Assembly (NCBI GenBank): GCA_964057225.1
Contig: OZ059895.1
Span: 13,268,001-13,332,000 of the forward strand
Source of the DNA: Auanema rhodensis
Lineage: Eukaryota; Animalia; Nematoda
DNA: 64,000 nt
Reading direction: 5' to 3'
Positions 23,417 to 34,668 of this stretch are shown piece after piece (position 1 is the stretch's first letter; every line of letters starts with the position of its first letter). The position numbers and the translations under genes were made by a program. The notes under the pieces were generated by a model. The model was not told the DNA's origin. It ran no database searches and saw only the letters and a program-made list of their open reading frames with translations.

Positions 23417-23535
23417 GCTTACGACCATACCACGTTGAAAGTACGCCATCCTGTCCGATCTGGCAAGTCAAGCAACGTTGGGCCCGGTTAGTACTTGGAT
23501 CGGAGACGGCTTGGGAATCCCGGGTGCCGTAAGCT
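23417..23535 (+). rRNA. 5S rRNA: 5S rRNA (C36T variant)
   Basis: Same 119-nt gene. Confidence 0.97.
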
Positions 23536-23945
23536 TTTCAATTTTTTTTAACGATCATACCACGTTGAAAGTACGCAATGCAGCTGATTTTCAATTTTAT
23601 CTCTTCCGTAACAAATGTTTTTAATTTTCTAGCAGTTTTACTTAGATAGCTCAACCCAAGGCATCAAAATATCTTCAATCTTATTTCTATATTACAGTTA
23701 TAAACCAGTAGTTTATGAACCTTCATCTTAACTTTACTGTTTCTATCTATTTCCTATTGAAACAAACATTGTTTTAACACTATACAACTGTGAAACCTTT
23801 TTTAATTTATTGTATTTGGAGCTCATAAGATTTGATATCATCGAGGAATTTAGATGTAACGTAGAAAATTACATAACTAACATGAAATTGGAAAAAAAAC
23901 AATAACGAGGATAAGTATGTAAATCATTGAATATCAGATATTTTC

Positions 23946-24064
23946 GCTTACGACCATACCACGTTGAAAGTACGCCATCCCGTCCGATCTGGCAAGTCAA
24001 GCAACGTTAGGCCCGGTTAGTACTTGGATCGGAGACGGCTTGGGAATCCCGGGTGCCGTAAGCT
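23946..24064 (+). rRNA. 5S rRNA: 5S rRNA (G64A variant)
   Basis: Same 119-nt gene. Confidence 0.97.
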
Positions 24065-24474
24065 TTTCAATTTTTTTTAACGATCATACCACGTTGAAAG
24101 TACGCAATGCAGCTGATTTTCAATTTTATCTCTTCCGTAACAAATGTTTTTAATTTTCTAGCAGTTTTACTTAGATAGCTCAACCCAAGGCATCAAAATA
24201 TCTTCAATCTTATTTCTATATTACAGTTATAAACCAGTAGTTTATGAACCTTCATCTTAACTTTACTGTTTCTATCTATTTCCTATTGAAACAAACATTG
24301 TTTTAACACTATACAACTGTGAAACCTTTTTTAATTTATTGTATTTGGAGCTCATAAGATTTGATATCATCGAGGAATTTAGATGTAACGTAGAAAATTA
24401 CATAACTAACATGAAATTGGAAAAAAAACAATAACGAGGATAAGTATGTAAATCATTGAATATCAGATATTTTC

Positions 24475-24593
24475 GCTTACGACCATACCACGTTGAAAGT
24501 ACGCCATCCCGTCCGATCTGGCAAGTCAAGCAACGTTGGGCCCGGTTAGTACTTGGATCGGAGACGGCTTGGGAATCCCGGGTGCCGTAAGCT
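24475..24593 (+). rRNA. 5S rRNA: 5S rRNA
   Basis: Same 119-nt gene. Confidence 0.97.
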
Positions 24594-25004
24594 TTTCAAT
24601 TTTTTTTAACGATCATACCACGTTGAAAGTACGCAATGCAGCTGATTTTCAATTTTATCTCTTCCGTAACAAATGTTTTTAATTTTCTAGCAGTTTTACT
24701 TAGATAGCTCAACCCAAGGCATCAAAATATCTTCAATCTTATTTCTATATTACAGTTATAAACCAGTAGTTTATGAACCTTCATCTTAACTTTACTGTTT
24801 CTATCTATTTCCTATTGAAACAAACATTGTTTTAACACTATACAACTGTGAAACCTTTTTTAATTTATTGTATTTGGAGCTCATAAGATTTGATATCATC
24901 GAGGAATTTAGATGTAACGTAGAAAATTACATAACTAACATGAAATTGGAAAAAAAAACAATAACGAGGATAAGTATGTAAATCATTGAATATCAGGTAT
25001 TTTC

Positions 25005-25123
25005 GCTTACGACCATACCACGTTGAAAGTACGCCATCCCGTCCGATCTGGCAAGTCAAGCAACGTTGGGCCCGGTTAGTACTTGGATCGGAGACGGCTT
25101 GGGAATCCCGGGTGCCGTAAGCT
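25005..25123 (+). rRNA. 5S rRNA: 5S rRNA
   Basis: Same 119-nt gene. Confidence 0.97.
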
Positions 25124-25533
25124 TTTCAATTTTTTTTAACGATCATACCACGTTGAAAGTACGCAATGCAGCTGATTTTCAATTTTATCTCTTCCGTAAC
25201 AAATGTTTTTAATTTTCTAGCAGTTTTACTTAGATAGCTCAACCCAAGGCATCAAAATATCTTCAATCTTATTTCTATATTACAGTTATAAACCAGTAGT
25301 TTATGAACCTTCATCTTAACTTTACTGTTTCTATCTATTTCCTATTGAAACAAACATTGTTTTAACACTATACAACTGTGAAACCTTTTTTAATTTATTG
25401 TATTTGGAGCTCATAAGATTTGATATCATCGAGGAATTTAGATGTAACGTAGAAAATTACATAACTAACATGAAATTGGAAAAAAAACAATAACGAGGAT
25501 AAGTATGTAAATCATTGAATATCAGATATTTTC

Positions 25534-25652
25534 GCTTACGACCATACCACGTTGAAAGTACGCCATCCCGTCCGATCTGGCAAGTCAAGCAACGTTGGGC
25601 CCGGTTAGTACTTGGATCGGAGACGGCTTGGGAATCCCGGGTGCCGTAAGCT
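25534..25652 (+). rRNA. 5S rRNA: 5S rRNA
   Basis: Same 119-nt gene. Confidence 0.97.
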
Positions 25653-26062
25653 TTTCAATTTTTTTTAACGATCATACCACGTTGAAAGTACGCAATGCAG
25701 CTGATTTTCAATTTTATCTCTTCCGTAACAAATGTTTTTAATTTTCTAGCAGTTTTACTTAGATAGCTCAACCCAAGGCATCAAAATATCTTCAATCTTA
25801 TTTCTATATTACAGTTATAAACCAGTAGTTTATGAACCTTCATCTTAACTTTACTGTTTCTATCTATTTCCTATTGAAACAAACATTGTTTTAACACTAT
25901 ACAACTGTGAAACCTTTTTTAATTTATTGTATTTGGAGCTCATAAGATTTGATATCATCGAGGAATTTAGATGTAACGTAGAAAATTACATAACTAACAT
26001 GAAATTGGAAAAAAAACAATAACGAGGATAAGTATGTAAATCATTGAATATCAGATATTTTC

Positions 26063-26130
26063 GCTTACGACCATACCACGTTGAAAGTACGCCATCCCGT
26101 CCGATCTGGCAAGTCAAGCAACGTTGGGCC
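26063..26130 (+). pseudogene. 5S rRNA nt 1-68, interrupted by the BEL/Pao insertion
   Basis: 5S sequence stops at ...GTTGGGCC, then TGTCACGG (LTR). Confidence 0.95.
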
Positions 26131-26460
26131 TGTCACGGTCAACGTGAAAATACGAACTTTATTGTGTTAACGTTTTGTTGTATTTTTTGTATTAACTCCA
26201 CCCCCTTTAACCATCTGGTGCCTCCCTATAAAAGGGAGAACCAAATGGTTAAAATTTTTATGTCTCACCAATTTTGTTTTGATTTTAGGAATTTCTTGGA
26301 AATTCGTAAATCAATCCACTTGTTCAATTTACTGTTGTTGCATTTTGTTGAATAAACCTTTCTTCATTTAACTTGTCTTAACGCATAATACCGCACTCAT
26401 ACGAACCGACTCCATACTTGGACTGATACTTGGAGGTAATAGTCCAGTTGTCAAACGACA
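26131..26460 (+). repeat. BEL 5' LTR (TGTC...GACA)
   Basis: Identical by eye to 36013-36342; TATAAAAG at ~26227 and AATAAA at ~26351. Confidence 0.95.
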
Positions 26461-26462
26461 TT

Positions 26463-26479
26463 TGGCGACCACGGCAGGA
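26463..26479 (+). promoter_or_regulatory. Primer-binding site, tRNA-Arg type
   Basis: TGGCGACCACGGCAGGA 2 nt after the LTR; complement of a tRNA-Arg 3' end (...CCTGCCGTGGTCG-CCA). Confidence 0.75.
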
Positions 26480-26515
26480 TAATTCAGTTGCTTACTGATA
26501 AGGAAAGTTTAAAAC

Positions 26516-26608
26516 AAAGGTTATATAGAACCGCCGGAGAAATAAATTCCGAAGAACACTGTGTTAAAGGTTATATAGAACCGCCGGAAAAATAAAATTC
26601 CGAAGAAC
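26516..26608 (+). repeat. Two ~42-bp direct repeats in the BEL leader
   Basis: AAAGGTTATATAGAACCGCCGGA(G/A)AAATAAA(A)TTCCGAAGAAC twice, 50-bp period. Confidence 0.85.
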
Positions 26609-26708
26609 TCGTAGAAAATCCGAGTTGACAAGAAATCACTTGTCAAGAAACAATAAGACGATAAAAATATCGCTGAATCTGAAATATCCATTGAGGAAGG
26701 CTAAAATA

Positions 26709-29700
26709 ATGTCCTCCGCTCAAAGATATATTCTCCAAATGGGGAGAGAATTAGAATTTTTGAATAAACTGAATTCTAAAGTTGAAAACTATAAGAAAAT
26801 GACCGATTACTCAGAATTGTCTGAGCCGGTAAATCAAATTATTGCGCAAGAGAATGAATGTGCAAGAGTTAAAAATTACTTGAATATTTTGGAGAATAAA
26901 CTCCAATCAATTGAAACCATTGAAATAAATTTTCAAAGAGTTTGTGAGCTTTTAGAAGAAGAGCTCCAAAAAGAATTAAACAAAAAATTTACAAAAATCG
27001 AAGAAGGTGAAAAAGGAGACATCCGTGGCAATGCCACGTTAATAATTCTGGAATTAAATGACAAGTTGATATTCTTAAAAAACCTCATTGATAAAAATAA
27101 AGAAAAAATCAAAGATATGGAAATACAACTTGAATTACAACAACTTCGGGAAAGAGTTGAATATACAGAAGAAAAAGAATATGAAAATTGTACAAACGAG
27201 GTACAAGAAAAACAAAACAGTTTACCAGATCAGGTAATGCATGATCAGCATGTTAATGAAGTAAGATTGATTAACCAAATACTGCAAAGACCCGTATTAA
27301 AAACTCCAACCTTTGACGGTACTCCGGAAAAATTCCCTTTATTCTGGGATAGATTCATGAGAATGATTGATAACAATGAATCTTTCTCTATAAGTGAAAA
27401 AGTGAACTTCCTATGTGAGTCCTTATCAGGTGAAGCCGAATATCTTCTTAGGGGAATTCCCGGTACCGAAGAAAACTATGAGTTTATGAAAAATTGTTTG
27501 AAGGAAGAATATTCCTCATACGCTGTTGATACAGCAACGCTGATCAACAAGTTGAATAAGGTGCCAAAAGCTTCAAGACGAGCCGATAGTTGTGCTCAAA
27601 CGCTAAGAGAGATAAAAGCTCTGCTGCGACAGATTCAAGCGGCGGGAGGATCATTAACCAAAGAGCTTTATGTTGCTACCGTACTCAATAAATTCCCATT
27701 TGAAATAATCAAAGATATTCACATCAAACAAAATTTTGAATGGTCCCACGAGAAAATCATTGAACATATTTCGGCGCAAGTAAAACTACTACAGATGACT
27801 GAAAACACTGAAACACTGTATCTCAGTAACAATGAAAAAAGAAAAAATCCAGATGGTGATCAAACTAAAAAACAATTTCGATTGAATGAAGTTAAAGATT
27901 TGAAACAAAGAAGGAATTGCGTTTTTTGCGCGAACAATTCACACAATAGCCATATGTGTCCTGTTGAAACAACGGAAAAAAGGAAAATTTTAAGAGAAAA
28001 AAGGCTATGTTATGTATGCTTTGCAGACAATCATCAAAGCAAAAACTGCACATGGCCAAAGTTTAAATGCAACAGCTGTCATGATGATCACAACATTTCA
28101 GTTTGTTACCAAAATAAAAGAAATCAGAATAGAAATGGAGTCATCACCAACATTTCTTTACAGAGGGATAATGATGAAGAAAAGACCAGAAATAATCAAA
28201 CAATTATTCCAAAGAAAGCACATGAAGAACCCACAAGTTTAACCACAATTGTTGGTAATCATGACGTAGAAAAAGGCCAAATAATTTTACGAACAGCAAA
28301 AGCAAATTTGTTCAATTACAATAGCGATAGTTATGAGAAAGTTAACATTATTTTTGATGATTGTTCTCAACGATCTTTTATCAGAGAAGATCTAGCAAAA
28401 AGGATGAAACTACCAGTTAAATCCAAACATAAAAAAACATTTCATGGTATTGGAGGAATGAAACATTCTCATGTTTCAAGTATAGTTAACACAATATTCT
28501 ATACTAAAGAGAAAAATTTAATTGTAACTGAAATGCTCACTAAACCAAAAATCAGTTCCCACATATATAGTCCTTATCTTTCAAGAAAGGATTTGAGTTT
28601 CATTAAAGAAAACAATATTATATTAGCCAACACCGATACAAATGGGGAAGTTTTTGAACCGGATGTTTTAATTGGACAAGATAGATTAAAATTGTTTGTA
28701 AAAGACAATGAAGAATTCAGACTTCCCTCTGATCTTTTATGTAAAGGATCTGTATTTGGAACTCTTATAAATGGAGAAACTAAACTTGAAAAAATTGTAA
28801 CTCTGTGTAGCATTGAAGAGGAACAAAGTCATGAACCACCTCCAGAAACAAAACTGAAAGAACTTTTCCTTATCGATACTATTGGAATAAGCACCATAGT
28901 AGATAACAATGCAGAAGCAGAGAATTATCTTAAAGAATATAGTAAAGAACTATCCATTAAAGCCGGGAGAATTGAAGCTCCGTTTCCATTTAAAAATTAT
29001 TTGAATAAATTGAAAAATAATAAATGGCCAGCTTTTCATAGATTTATGACATTATGGAGAAATCTACACTCTAATAAAGAACAACTAGAATGGTATAAAA
29101 AATTAATAAATGAATACATTCAAAAGGGAATTATCGAGCCAATTGTTGATGAATCAGCCGAAGATGGATTTTTCTTACCACATCATGGAGTGTGGAGAAA
29201 AGAAAAAGCTCGACCTTTAAGAATCGTGTTTGATGCTTCAGCAAAACAAAAAAATAGTCCATCGTTGAACCAAGTTATGCATTCAGGCCAAACATTTATT
29301 CACAAAATTCATGATATATTAATAAAATGTAGAAAAAGTCCAATAATAATAACCTGCGACATTGAGTCAGCATTTTTACAAATAAGCATTAAAGAAGAGC
29401 ACAGAAAATATTGTAAATTTTTCTGGATTAGAAACGAAAATGAATCGGTAAATAAATATAACGTCATGACATACCAATTCAAACGGCTACCATTTGGTAT
29501 AACAGCGTCCCCGGGTATATTAAGCATGAGCTTAGCTTGGTACCTCAATAATCATACCGACCCTTACGCTAGTCACTTGCTCGATTCCTTATATGTTGAC
29601 AATATAATTTTATATGCAAACAGTGTTGAAGAAGCTAAGATAAAATGCGAAAAAGCCAAGAAAATCTTACAAGGCATTTCTATGAATTTAAGAGAATTTA

Positions 29701-30194
29701 TGAGCAACAATCCAAAAGTTACTGAAGATATGAACAATGAAGACAAATACCCACATAATACTACCAAAATTTTGGGTTTAAATTATGATACAAAATTAGA
29801 TTTATTCGTTCTTATACTTAAATTAAAGAAATTTGAAATCAATACGCACAGGAACATGTTAAGTCAAATACATTCAATATTTGATCCATTAGGTATGGCA
29901 AGCCCATTGATTTTACCATTAAAATTATTATTAAGAGAATCAAGTGATCAATTCAAGGGTTGGGATGTTGAATTACCCAAAGAAATAACACATAAATGGA
30001 ATTTAGCCATAAATGAATTATTAAATGAAAAGGAATTGAGACTTGAAAGAAAGTTAAACCTGAATGACTCTATATTATGGGTATTTACTGATGCTAGTAA
30101 ACTAGCCATTGCTGCCTGCACATACATTGAAACCAATGGTAAAATAAGCCAACTTGTAAGCGGAAAGTCGAAAATTGCAAAAAGGGAAATCTAA
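26709..30194 (+). CDS. BEL Gag-Pol, part 1 (Gag with 3 zinc knuckles, protease, RT, start of RNase H); ends at a frameshift
   Basis: PTFDGTPEKFPLFWDRF; CVFC..H..C, CYVC..H..C, CNSC..H..C; IIFDDCSQRSFI protease; FLPHHGV, LRIVFDAS, DIESAFLQI, RLPFG, YVDN RT; FDPLG, VFTDAS RNase H. Confidence 0.93.
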   Translation: MSSAQRYILQMGRELEFLNKLNSKVENYKKMTDYSELSEPVNQIIAQENECARVKNYLNILENKLQSIETIEINFQRVCELLEEELQKELNKKFTKIEEGEKGDIRGNATLIILELNDKLIFLKNLIDKNKEKIKDMEIQLELQQLRERVEYTEEKEYENCTNEVQEKQNSLPDQVMHDQHVNEVRLINQILQRPVLKTPTFDGTPEKFPLFWDRFMRMIDNNESFSISEKVNFLCESLSGEAEYLLRGIPGTEENYEFMKNCLKEEYSSYAVDTATLINKLNKVPKASRRADSCAQTLREIKALLRQIQAAGGSLTKELYVATVLNKFPFEIIKDIHIKQNFEWSHEKIIEHISAQVKLLQMTENTETLYLSNNEKRKNPDGDQTKKQFRLNEVKDLKQRRNCVFCANNSHNSHMCPVETTEKRKILREKRLCYVCFADNHQSKNCTWPKFKCNSCHDDHNISVCYQNKRNQNRNGVITNISLQRDNDEEKTRNNQTIIPKKAHEEPTSLTTIVGNHDVEKGQIILRTAKANLFNYNSDSYEKVNIIFDDCSQRSFIREDLAKRMKLPVKSKHKKTFHGIGGMKHSHVSSIVNTIFYTKEKNLIVTEMLTKPKISSHIYSPYLSRKDLSFIKENNIILANTDTNGEVFEPDVLIGQDRLKLFVKDNEEFRLPSDLLCKGSVFGTLINGETKLEKIVTLCSIEEEQSHEPPPETKLKELFLIDTIGISTIVDNNAEAENYLKEYSKELSIKAGRIEAPFPFKNYLNKLKNNKWPAFHRFMTLWRNLHSNKEQLEWYKKLINEYIQKGIIEPIVDESAEDGFFLPHHGVWRKEKARPLRIVFDASAKQKNSPSLNQVMHSGQTFIHKIHDILIKCRKSPIIITCDIESAFLQISIKEEHRKYCKFFWIRNENESVNKYNVMTYQFKRLPFGITASPGILSMSLAWYLNNHTDPYASHLLDSLYVDNIILYANSVEEAKIKCEKAKKILQGISMNLREFMSNNPKVTEDMNNEDKYPHNTTKILGLNYDTKLDLFVLILKLKKFEINTHRNMLSQIHSIFDPLGMASPLILPLKLLLRESSDQFKGWDVELPKEITHKWNLAINELLNEKELRLERKLNLNDSILWVFTDASKLAIAACTYIETNGKISQLVSGKSKIAKREI

Positions 30195-33100
30195 CTATCC
30201 CAAGACTAGAACTCATTGCCATACTATTAGGTATTATGTTAGCTGATAATATCACATCTACAACCAATCACCTTAAAACTGTACACGTAGCCAGTGACAG
30301 TAAGGTAGCCTTACATTGGATAGCTAACCATCAGAAAACTTTACCACCATATGTAGGCTGTCGCGTCGACAATGTAAGGAAGTATATAGATAAATTGAAG
30401 GAAAACAACATTAAAATCAAACTTTTTCATGTGAATGGTGATTATAACCCAGCCGATATTGGTTCTCGAGGAGCTTGTCTCCAAGAACTAAGTGATTCTA
30501 TGTGGATTAAAGGACCACAATGGTTAACCCAAACAAAGTCGCACATTGAAGAAATTGAATATGAGCCCATTTGGAATATAACAACCTTGATCGATACCGT
30601 TGAACAACAACAAATAACACAAATACCAGTTGAAGATATATTCAAATTACGTAGCAACAACTATACCTTACTGAAAACTATAGTTAAATTAAGTAAATTC
30701 TTGAGACATTGGATCATAAAAGTACATCCCACAGCTATAACAAGGTTAAATAAAGTAATGCAATTAGATGAAAACTGGCAAACTACAGCTAATGATATTG
30801 AGATTATAACCAAACTACTAATAAGTAAAGCACAACAGCATGTAACAATAGATCTCCTCACGAAAAAACATGAAGGTTTTGTATTTTTTCTCGATGAAGA
30901 AATAATCAGAGTTCGTAGTAGATTGAACAACTCGGAATTACCGTTTGAAACTCAAAATCCCATATATCTTCCAAGGGATTCTCCGTACACAGAACACATA
31001 ATTATGCATTTACACAGAGAATGCATGCACCAAGGAAGAGATTTTGTTCTAACACTCTTGCGTCAAAAATACTTTTTAAATAAACCATCAAGCATAGTCA
31101 GATCAGTTCTCAAAACATGCACAATCTGCAATAGATACAACGCTTTGCCGTTTGGAACGTCCTTAATGCCAGCATTGCCTAAGGATAGAGTAATTCTAAC
31201 AAAACCATTCATGAGTACAGGTTGTGACTTATTAGGTCCAATAACCATAAAGGATGGTAAAAAGATATTTATATGTCTGTTTACTTGTTTAGCTATAAGA
31301 GCTATACACTTAGAAATAGTTTTTGACCAATCAACAAAGGCATTCTTAAACGCTTTCGAAAGGTTCATTGGAAGAAGAGGTATTCCAGAAATAATACGAA
31401 GCGATAATGGAGGAAATTTCTTATTAAGTGCTAAAGTAATAGAATTTTACACAGAAAACCATGAATCTAAAAATGAAAAAACATTAACCAATTATCTTGC
31501 CGAAAAGAATATTAAATGGTACTTCAACACACCACAGGCTCCATGGAAAGGTGGAACATGGGAAAGACTAGTAGGACTAACAAAGTTAGCACTATACAAA
31601 ACAATTGGAAATAGATTAATGTCAATTGATGATATACATACAGTAATTGTAAAAATCGAAACAATTTTGAATACTCGCCCGCTTACACATCCGAACCCAT
31701 CCAACCTGAACATTTTGCCTATCAGACCTTGTGATTTTTTAAACCGTTCCATCAGGTTTACACTTTCTTCAAACGTATCGAATACCCGAATTTATGATAA
31801 AACTATCAATAGCAGGACAATACAAACTATAGAGCAAGCCATTGAAGCAATAGAGTTATCTAACGATGTAACTCAATTATTCTGGAAAAAATTCTATTCA
31901 GAGTATTTACTGTATCTTAGAGATATTTACAAACACAACAGAAAACAACCTGCAACGAACGCTAAGAAACCACAAGAAGGCGAAGTTATTATAATACAAA
32001 ATGAGGATTCAAGTAGAGGTAAATGGAAATTAGGACGCATAATAGAACTAATAAAAAGTGCAGATGGGGAAGTTAGATCTGCAAAACTAATAACTGGCAC
32101 TGGTCTCATAACAACTCGTTCATTAAATCACATATATCCACTAGAAGTGAGAAACGCAGAAGCAGCACCGTTTGCGTCAGAACCTCACTCAATGAGATAC
32201 AATAAAAAATACCAAGTGAATCCATTTTTAATCACCGGGACGGTAACACAAAAAGGAAATCGGGTTGAAAATATTGAAATTATTGAAAATACTCAAGAAA
32301 GTGAACAAAGTAACAATGTAATACCACTCGAAATCTATACACCCAACATTAATATCATCAACGACGCAGGAGACGAAAATGATGCTAATAATACGAACTT
32401 AGAACAAGAGGAAGATCAAACAAATGAGATAACTCTTCAAACCGAAAATGAATCCAAACCTTCAAATCTAAATAGATGGTTCAGAACAAAAACACAGGGT
32501 AGTCAAGCAGCGGTAAGAAGTTATTTTAAGAAAAATAAAATAAAAACAAATGTTCCAAAAGTAGCTCTTCTTGGAATAATTCCAACGATTGAGGCTACAT
32601 GCCAATCCTCTGAATTGCTTACAGCGGAAGTATTATATTTCCCACAATGTAATCCATTAACGACTTTGATAACATTTTTCATACCAATTATACTATTATT
32701 TACTATATTAGCAATTTGTAAAAGAGTATTGAAAGCTCATAAAAATGACCAATATTGGTATAAATTTTTAAATGATAATTGGCAAACGATACAAACCGAA
32801 GTTAGAAGTGGAAAACCTAATTCAAAAATATTAACAAGTTCAGACGATGTAGCCGTACAAAAGGAAAACACAGTAGCCACGAAATTTGACAATGTAACTC
32901 CAAAATGGAAAAATGATATTCCAGAAACTATTAAAATTCCAAATTACATGAGAACATCATCATTCACTTCATTACAATTATCGATAGCACTCATGGTATT
33001 ATTAATAACAGTGGAATCTTGTTCAAACTCACATATTAAGCATTCAATAAATATAATTTGCATTAATCGGACAAATTGTTATCAAGAATACGATAATGAA

Positions 33101-34540
33101 ATCAATTTCAATAAAGGCATAAGAGACGCTTGCTTAGAATTCATTTACCAAAATAAATCTATCGGTAAAATAGAAATAACGAAAAAACCAACAGAATACA
33201 TTTGCCAGAAAAGTACGCTATATTATACTCGAGAAAGCACAATTCAATACAAAACTCGATATTCCTGTTATGGAACAGGATCTTGTAATCACACTTGTGA
33301 AGCTATAAATCCTATTGGACAATTACAAGAATTTGATAAAGAAGAAGGACCAACACAAGTTGGTTGTGCTAGGCGATGTGGCTCTCTTTTCTGCGGATGT
33401 TGGTCTCTAGAAGACGGTTGCTCATTCTATCAAACTGAATTTAAACCAATCAATGAAATAGTTTATGAAATAGTAGAATGTGATTCTTGGGAAATGAATA
33501 TACCATTAGAGGTAAAGTATGATCTATTTAAACACAAAGCCAATATTAATATTCTTTTAAAACCATACGACACTGTTAATTTTCCAAACTTTAATATAAG
33601 CTCAATCTCCCATATTGTACCACCAACCCGATATTTAAACACCAAATATGCATTATCAACCATAAACAGTTATTACATGGAACCTCATACTATGAGTGAA
33701 GTAGCATGCAAAACCAAAGATCAAACTACAAATGAATTTAACTCTTGTAAAATACTGAAGTTATGTAACTGTAAAATATCAAAAAGGGAAGAGCTAACAT
33801 GTACCTGTCCATCTGATAATATTTTCAATCAGGCAAACTTATTACCAATGAACACCAAGAACACCCTAATTACCATGAAAGAAAACAAATTAACACTTAT
33901 TCCTCAAACTGATGAATCAACTGTTGTTCTTCAACTACAAGGGAATGTGTCGTCTCGTACCTTCCTGTACGACTTTCCTTGTCGACCGGAATTTAAAAAA
34001 CTTTCCGGGTGTCACAGCTGTAGAAGAACGGCTGTTGCCGAGTTTATGTGTATATCACAAAAGGATTCTTGGATCACAATGCAATGTAGTGAGAACATAT
34101 ACATGATTGAATGCGCCCCACACATGCCACTTACTGCTGTGGAATATTACTCAGAACATTCTGAAATCTATGAAGAATGCTTCGTAACATGTGCTAATGA
34201 AAAACACCGCGTGATCATACAAGGAACATTACAATGGGATAGTAAAATCCCAGATGTTGAAAAAACAATCATCAACATTGTGACAAATGCTAACACCTGG
34301 AGAAACATTTTGGATGTAATTAAAACAAATTGGGCATTATCATTATGCTTCCTCCTGATAACTGTTTTTATACCAGTATTATCTTATATAATAGGAGTAC
34401 AAGCAATAATTGTAATCATCATAATCATACAAAAATTAATCGTTCAGATGATAAAAATTGTAATGATCATTACATCATTACTGAGAAAAATGCTCAGGAA
34501 TCCTAGACACAGAGCTGAGTCTAGCACAAATAAAAATTAA
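30191..34540 (+). CDS. BEL Pol-Env, part 2 (RNase H, integrase, phlebovirus Gc-like class II fusion glycoprotein)
   Basis: LTIPRLEL, SDSKVALHW, NPADIGSRG RNase H; H-H-CTIC, DLLGP, SDNGGNF, APWKGGTWERLV integrase; Cys-rich Gc with fusion-loop-like CARRCGSLFCGCWSLEDGCSFY and C-terminal TM helices. Confidence 0.92.
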   Translation, partial: LTIPRLELIAILLGIMLADNITSTTNHLKTVHVASDSKVALHWIANHQKTLPPYVGCRVDNVRKYIDKLKENNIKIKLFHVNGDYNPADIGSRGACLQELSDSMWIKGPQWLTQTKSHIEEIEYEPIWNITTLIDTVEQQQITQIPVEDIFKLRSNNYTLLKTIVKLSKFLRHWIIKVHPTAITRLNKVMQLDENWQTTANDIEIITKLLISKAQQHVTIDLLTKKHEGFVFFLDEEIIRVRSRLNNSELPFETQNPIYLPRDSPYTEHIIMHLHRECMHQGRDFVLTLLRQKYFLNKPSSIVRSVLKTCTICNRYNALPFGTSLMPALPKDRVILTKPFMSTGCDLLGPITIKDGKKIFICLFTCLAIRAIHLEIVFDQSTKAFLNAFERFIGRRGIPEIIRSDNGGNFLLSAKVIEFYTENHESKNEKTLTNYLAEKNIKWYFNTPQAPWKGGTWERLVGLTKLALYKTIGNRLMSIDDIHTVIVKIETILNTRPLTHPNPSNLNILPIRPCDFLNRSIRFTLSSNVSNTRIYDKTINSRTIQTIEQAIEAIELSNDVTQLFWKKFYSEYLLYLRDIYKHNRKQPATNAKKPQEGEVIIIQNEDSSRGKWKLGRIIELIKSADGEVRSAKLITGTGLITTRSLNHIYPLEVRNAEAAPFASEPHSMRYNKKYQVNPFLITGTVTQKGNRVENIEIIENTQESEQSNNVIPLEIYTPNINIINDAGDENDANNTNLEQEEDQTNEITLQTENESKPSNLNRWFRTKTQGSQAAVRSYFKKNKIKTNVPKVALLGIIPTIEATCQSSELLTAEVLYFPQCNPLTTLITFFIPIILLFTILAICKRVLKAHKNDQYWYKFLNDNWQTIQTEVRSGKPNSKILTSSDDVAVQKENTVATKFDNVTPKWKNDIPETIKIPNYMRTSSFTSLQLSIALMVLLITVESCSNSHIKHSINIICINRTNCYQEYDNEINFNKGIRDACLEFIYQNKSIGKIEITKKPTEYICQKSTLYYTRESTIQYKTRYSCYGTGSCNHTCEAINPIGQLQEFDKEEGPTQVGCARRCGSLFCGCWSLEDGCSFYQTEFKPINEIVYEIVECDSWEMNIPLEVKYDLFKHKANINILLKPYDTVNFPNFNISSISHIVPPTRYLNTKYALSTINSYYMEPHTMSEVACKTKDQTTNEFNSCKILKLCNCKISKREELTCTCPSDNIFNQANLLPMNTKNTLITMKENKLTLIPQTDESTVVLQLQGNVSSRTFLYDFPCRPEFKKLSGCHSCRRTAVAEFMCISQKDSWITMQCSENIYMIECAPHMPLTAVEYYSEHSEIYEECFVTCANEKHRVIIQGTLQWDSKIPDVEKTIINIVTNANTWRNILDVIKTNWALSLCFLLITVFIPVLSYIIGVQAIIVIIIIIQKLIVQMIKIVMIITSLLRKMLRNPRHRAESSTNKN

Positions 34541-34668
34541 AACACTAATCTTACTGTAGTAATAAAAAAAAAAAAAAAAAAAAAAAACTTTATTAATTAG
34601 CTATAAGAACAGTTTAAAAACACAAAAAAAAAAAAAAAAAAAACAAAAACAAAAACAAAACAAAAACA

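Larger units (their letters stand above)
15428..26130 (+). repeat. 5S rDNA tandem array, block 2 (20 intact genes plus the 5' part of an interrupted gene)
   Basis: 529/530-bp period from 15478 to 26063. Confidence 0.98.

Noticed and set aside
16397-25059. Repeated 62-64 aa minus-strand ORFs (MTCQIG..., MKVYKL...)
   Set aside because: Chance frames antisense to the 5S gene and spacer; they appear only in units with a 9-A run or the variant spacer.
1-26130. CRISPR-like or satellite interpretation of the tandem repeats
   Set aside because: Units are 529 bp with invariant spacers and contain a full eukaryotic 5S gene; no cas genes.
26044-26355. 103-aa ORF, and its 63-aa counterpart at 36046
   Set aside because: Read-through of 5S into LTR sequence; not a gene.
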